From contig JAKMXF010000122.1 of NCBI GenBank assembly GCA_024704765.1, forward strand, positions 705,068 through 769,067: 64,000 nt of DNA, written 5' to 3'. The position numbers and the translations under genes were made by a program. The DNA comes from Oopsacas minuta. Lineage: Eukaryota > Animalia > Porifera. Shown here one piece after another: positions 60,263 to 64,000 of this stretch (position 1 is the first letter of the stretch; every line of letters starts with the position of its first letter). The notes under the pieces were generated by a model, which made no database searches, was not told where the DNA came from, and saw only the letters and a list, made by a program, of their open reading frames with translations.

Positions 60263-60510
60263 GCTACAGAGGTTGGTGGGAGTATGACAGTGTGACAGGA
60301 TCTAAGATAGAACAAGCGTTTCAATCAGGAGAGCATAAACTCAATGTCTATCTATTTGGATACAATTACACGATTAATCTGGATAAGATGCAACAGTGTC
60401 GTGAAGACAGTACTAATCGTGTTAGAAAGATCCTGAGAAATGAGGTTCAGATGGATAGTGACAAGAAGGGTGTAGCTGGAATATTTTCTACAAAAAACTC
60501 CGACAAATGA
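60263..60510 (+). CDS. RNF146: RNF146 homolog, exon 2: WWE domain to stop
   Basis: ttctag|..YRGWWEYD...GYNYTINLDKMQQ...RVRKILR...KKGVAGI; spliced product 208 aa. Confidence 0.9.
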
Positions 60511-60992
60511 ATTATTGCTGATATTTCATTTGTATTGCACTACTGCTATGTAATTACACGTTATTAATGAAGTGAATTGTTAAAACATTGAGACTATAGT
60601 ATATACTATTTAATCCTTATTGAGGATTTCAATACCGGAAAAGTTCAAAAGAAACTGGAAATTACCTCCCAAGCAAAGAAAATCCCTCCAATGAATATAG
60701 GGATACCTATTTTAGTATTTAATGCTAGAGAACATCTTGTCCTAACCCTTATCAGCTCTAGTTTATACGTTTTAACAAGATTCTGTCAGGAGCTGCCTTA
60801 ATCCTTACCTTATATGCTTATGTTAATAATTATCTCTAGAATGCTGTCCTCCTACATCCTACTACCAGCTACCCTTGATAATTATACAGTCAATTCAGCT
60901 TAGTTTTTTTCTACACAGATTGTCCTAATTAAGTTAGGATTCCTTATACTATGAATGGAATTTACAATATATGCTGTGTTTTGGAACGCTCA

Positions 60993-61100
60993 AATAACTG
61001 ATCATAGGATAATAACTGGTCATAGGATAATAACTGGTCATAGGATAATAACTGGTCATAGGATAATAACTGGTCATAGGATAATAACTGGTCATAGGAT
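60993..61100. repeat. 18-bp minisatellite (AATAACTGGTCATAGGAT) x6 upstream of BBOF1
   Basis: Read directly; first unit variant. Confidence 0.95.
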
Positions 61101-61331
61101 CTACAATAGAATGGCATATGATTCCAATTAAGCTGAAATCCTGATTATTGAAATTTGTATTATCAGGATTAGTTAAGAATTCTCTTAAGATTGTTTGATA
61201 TAGTTTGGAAGTAAAATATATTTCCTATTAAATAATTTGTTGAATTATTAATCAAACCTTCACAATCCTCTCACATATTATAATTATCCTCAATCATTTA
61301 ATTCATTCTGAATTATCATAGCTGTTGGTTA

Positions 61332-61640
61332 ATGGCCAAAAAGAAGGTAACCAAGAAGCTGAAGAAGGGAGGAAAGGCTAAAGGGAAGGGCAAGAAGAAA
61401 AGCAAGAAAGGTGGAGAGAAGGTGGACAAAGAGCTCGTGTACAAAGAAGCTGTATCTCAGTGTAAGATATGGGAGCATAGAGTATCTGCTGTAGAGCTGT
61501 CTAGACAGGAGTACAGAGATCATACATTTAAGCTTTTGAAAGAGAATGAATCCCTACACCAAGCCCTGCGTGGAACTGAGCAGGATACAATAGAAGTGAT
61601 AGCCTTCTTGAAGAGAGAATCTGGACAGAAAGAGGCTCTC
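61332..61640 (+). CDS. BBOF1: Basal body-orientation factor 1 (CCDC176) homolog, exon 1
   Basis: Lys/Gly-rich N-terminus, then IWEHRVSAVELSRQEYRD...EVIAFLKRE; donor CTC|GTAAGT, phase 0. Confidence 0.88.
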
Positions 61641-61923
61641 GTAAGTTGTAGTAATATATACAATGATTCTGTAATTAACTAATTATATGGAGAACTTACT
61701 TGTTTTAGTAGATTCTCGTAATCACGTACCAGGGCACAGTCGAATTCGTACTCCCTATCCACTTATCCAGAGATACATCTTACCCGTGTTCCTGTTAATG
61801 GGAGTCTATAGAAGGTATACGTATGGGTTACCAATTCCCAACACTTATAAAATTGGAATAGATTCATTTATTTCATTTAAGTATATACTATTTCAAAAGA
61901 TTAGTGTTAGTTATAGCAAATTA

Positions 61924-62082
61924 CAGTAGAACCTCCTTAATACGAACTTCCCGATATGACGAACAAATATTCACAAAATATTAAGTCCCTAATCCCTACA
62001 ATAGTTATTCAATTGGTATTACTCCGGAAATAACCAACAGATTTGACCATATGTTGGTGTTTGTATTTACGAGGTTCCACTG
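61924..62082. mobile_element. pogo-like MITE in BBOF1 intron 1
   Basis: TA|CAGTAGAACCTC...GAGGTTCCACTG. Confidence 0.72.
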
Positions 62083-63640
62083 TGTAGGAATTTACACGAT
62101 TTGGAGCAAATCAGTTAAATAAAGTGGAGCATTAGTCGTCTATAATAAGGCAATAAGTGTATAGAAAATTTATAAGCTACACGCTACGGCTCGTATAATC
62201 TTCTTTGTCATTTCTCTTGGGCGACAATCGTTAACCGCTTCCACTGTACTATCTTACAAATAGCTTTAGGAAACAAAATCAAACCTGTGGGGGTCCAGAA
62301 TGCGAAATTACTACATCTATGTAAATTTCACATAAATATAGTCTCCGCCTCTAAACCTGGGGGTCCACACCCCTAGTCCCAGGTACCCATAATGGCGCCT
62401 ACGGTCATTGGCTACCTCCTCTAATATAACGATGAATATCAAATTACTACCACACCTCTGGAAAAATACCACTTATGGCCAGTCCTCTCTGTATTTGTGT
62501 GAGAGTATGATTAATCATATGATGAATCATGTAGATATGAATTAAGAATGTCGAAATTAGAATTTACAAGTTTGATTCCCTAACTAGTTATTGAAACTTA
62601 TAGCCAGGGTTAATCGAGCTCGTAAATTTATATAACAGTTTTGAATATGCCAAAAGTTGTGGAATATTTTGAATGATTTACTAATCCGTTTGTATATTTT
62701 ATACTTCCAATTTCCAGAATCCTACTCTACTCCTAAATGTACACATTATTCATTACAAAGTCATCGCTTCCTAGATGTACGTTGTATGGGATCCAGTGAT
62801 CAATTATTGCCAGTAATTCTCAGTTCCGCACATATGTTTTCCTGTGCCTCAAGTTAGAGTATTGTTGGCTAATCATATACACAAATAAAATATTAGTTTT
62901 GGGTGCCAGGAACTTTATCCTCAACTAGTACAGCAAAATTGGCCTACTACTAATCCACCAAAATGATCTTACAATAGGTTATCAATCCGTCTTAGCTATT
63001 ATTGGAATCACAACTGTTCATCGAATCTAGCGCACTGCACTAACTGATGTAGATATCCCTGTATCTATACTTAGGCTGGCTATATCTATTGTGATTCAAA
63101 TACAACGAACCTCCAATTAGGGAACACTCTTTGGACTGCTGAATAGTAACCTAATATGGCTGTTTTCCATGATAAGAGGTCTGCCTTTTAGTGGCCTATC
63201 ATAATCTTTATGAGGCATAGCGTTCTCTAATGGAGGTTTTACTGTATGTCGTAGGCTAAACTAGATACTTCATCCAATAGGTGCTAGGCTACTAGTACAA
63301 TGTTAGAAGTACTACATGTATACAGTCTCAGTTGCTATGGAACGTATTCGAACATTCAATTGTAGTTTTGCTGCCTCGGAATCCCGGACTAAATCAACTT
63401 CCCGTTTCCCAGAAATGATAGATCTCTTGAATTATTTATCCAACAGTCCTAACTAATAAACTATGTATGTAATTACAATTGAAGAACTATTTCTCAGTTT
63501 TCCGGTAAATCCCGGTAAATAATAAAATCATTCCCGGTATCCCAGGAGAGAAATCTCAGGGAAATACAGCAACACTAATGCCCTAAACAAGGTATAAGAC
63601 TGATACATATAAGTGATATAACTACTTGTAATCTTTGTAG

Positions 63641-64000
63641 ATCACTGAGCTACAAGAGGAAAAGAAACGTGTAAAGAGAGACCTACGCAAAGAGAAAGAG
63701 GAATTGCTATCACAGCACAGAGAAAATATCCTTCTGCTGAATGAAGCGCTGTCTGCAAAGGGCCAGGAGATCAAGGTGTTGCAGGCAGAACTTAAACAAG
63801 TGAAAGAGTTTAGGAAGATGCGGACCCAGCTGTTGGATGAGCTAGAGAGTAGCAAGAGTAAGCTGCAGCAGACGGAAATATATTGTAGGGAGTCTATGAG
63901 GAAAACTGAACAGAAGTGCTTTGAAGAGAAGCTACGGATGCATCAAGAGACTACTCGGAAGATGGCAGAGCTAGCGGAGAGAGCACATGAAGAAGCCAAG
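63641..64000 (+). CDS. BBOF1: BBOF1 homolog, exon 2 (runs off window)
   Basis: tttgtag|ITELQEEK...ELKQVKEFRK...CFEEKLRM...LAERAHEEAK; open to the window end. Confidence 0.88.
   Translation, partial: MTELQEEKKRVKRDLRKEKEELLSQHRENILLLNEALSAKGQEIKVLQAELKQVKEFRKMRTQLLDELESSKSKLQQTEIYCRESMRKTEQKCFEEKLRMHQETTRKMAELAERAHEEAK

Noticed and set aside
50900-61100. Short tandem arrays (14-bp, 18-bp, and 21-bp at 8618) as CRISPR-like arrays
   Set aside because: Head-to-tail units with no unique spacers, no cas genes, and a eukaryotic context.
63622-63855. Minus-strand 77-aa ORF, and likewise 61329-61523
   Set aside because: Antisense shadows of BBOF1 exons.

Overview
AT-rich, intron-containing animal genomic DNA. 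A non-bilaterian such as a sponge is plausible from gene content, but that is inference only. About 52 kb (617-52160, minus strand) is one giant cadherin gene. I reconstructed 24 exons by hand with GT-AG sites and an unbroken frame: 6462 nt, about 2154 aa, a signal peptide plus about 20 cadherin repeats. The gene continues off the left edge, and four of its exons are absent from the ORF track. Its introns are packed with decayed and nested transposons: a dead hAT transposase, a decayed THAP/P-type transposase, a KRBA2/Ginger-like integrase remnant, a PIF/Harbinger Myb/SANT remnant, an L2 LINE 3' end, a self-nested Helitron, Tc1- and pogo-type MITEs, and long-TIR foldback elements with CATRG ends and 7-bp target duplications (P/Galileo-like by inference). 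To the right, on the plus strand, are a frameshifted coiled-coil/NHL-propeller gene, a compact two-exon RNF146 (RING+WWE), and the first two exons of BBOF1. I found no supportable rRNA, tRNA, CRISPR array or prokaryotic-type system. The most novel-looking candidates are the 7-bp-TSD foldback transposon system, the self-nested Helitron, and the disulfide and Ca2+-linker pattern of the cadherin. All alignments were done by eye with no database searches; repeat boundaries marked approx may be off by tens of bases.
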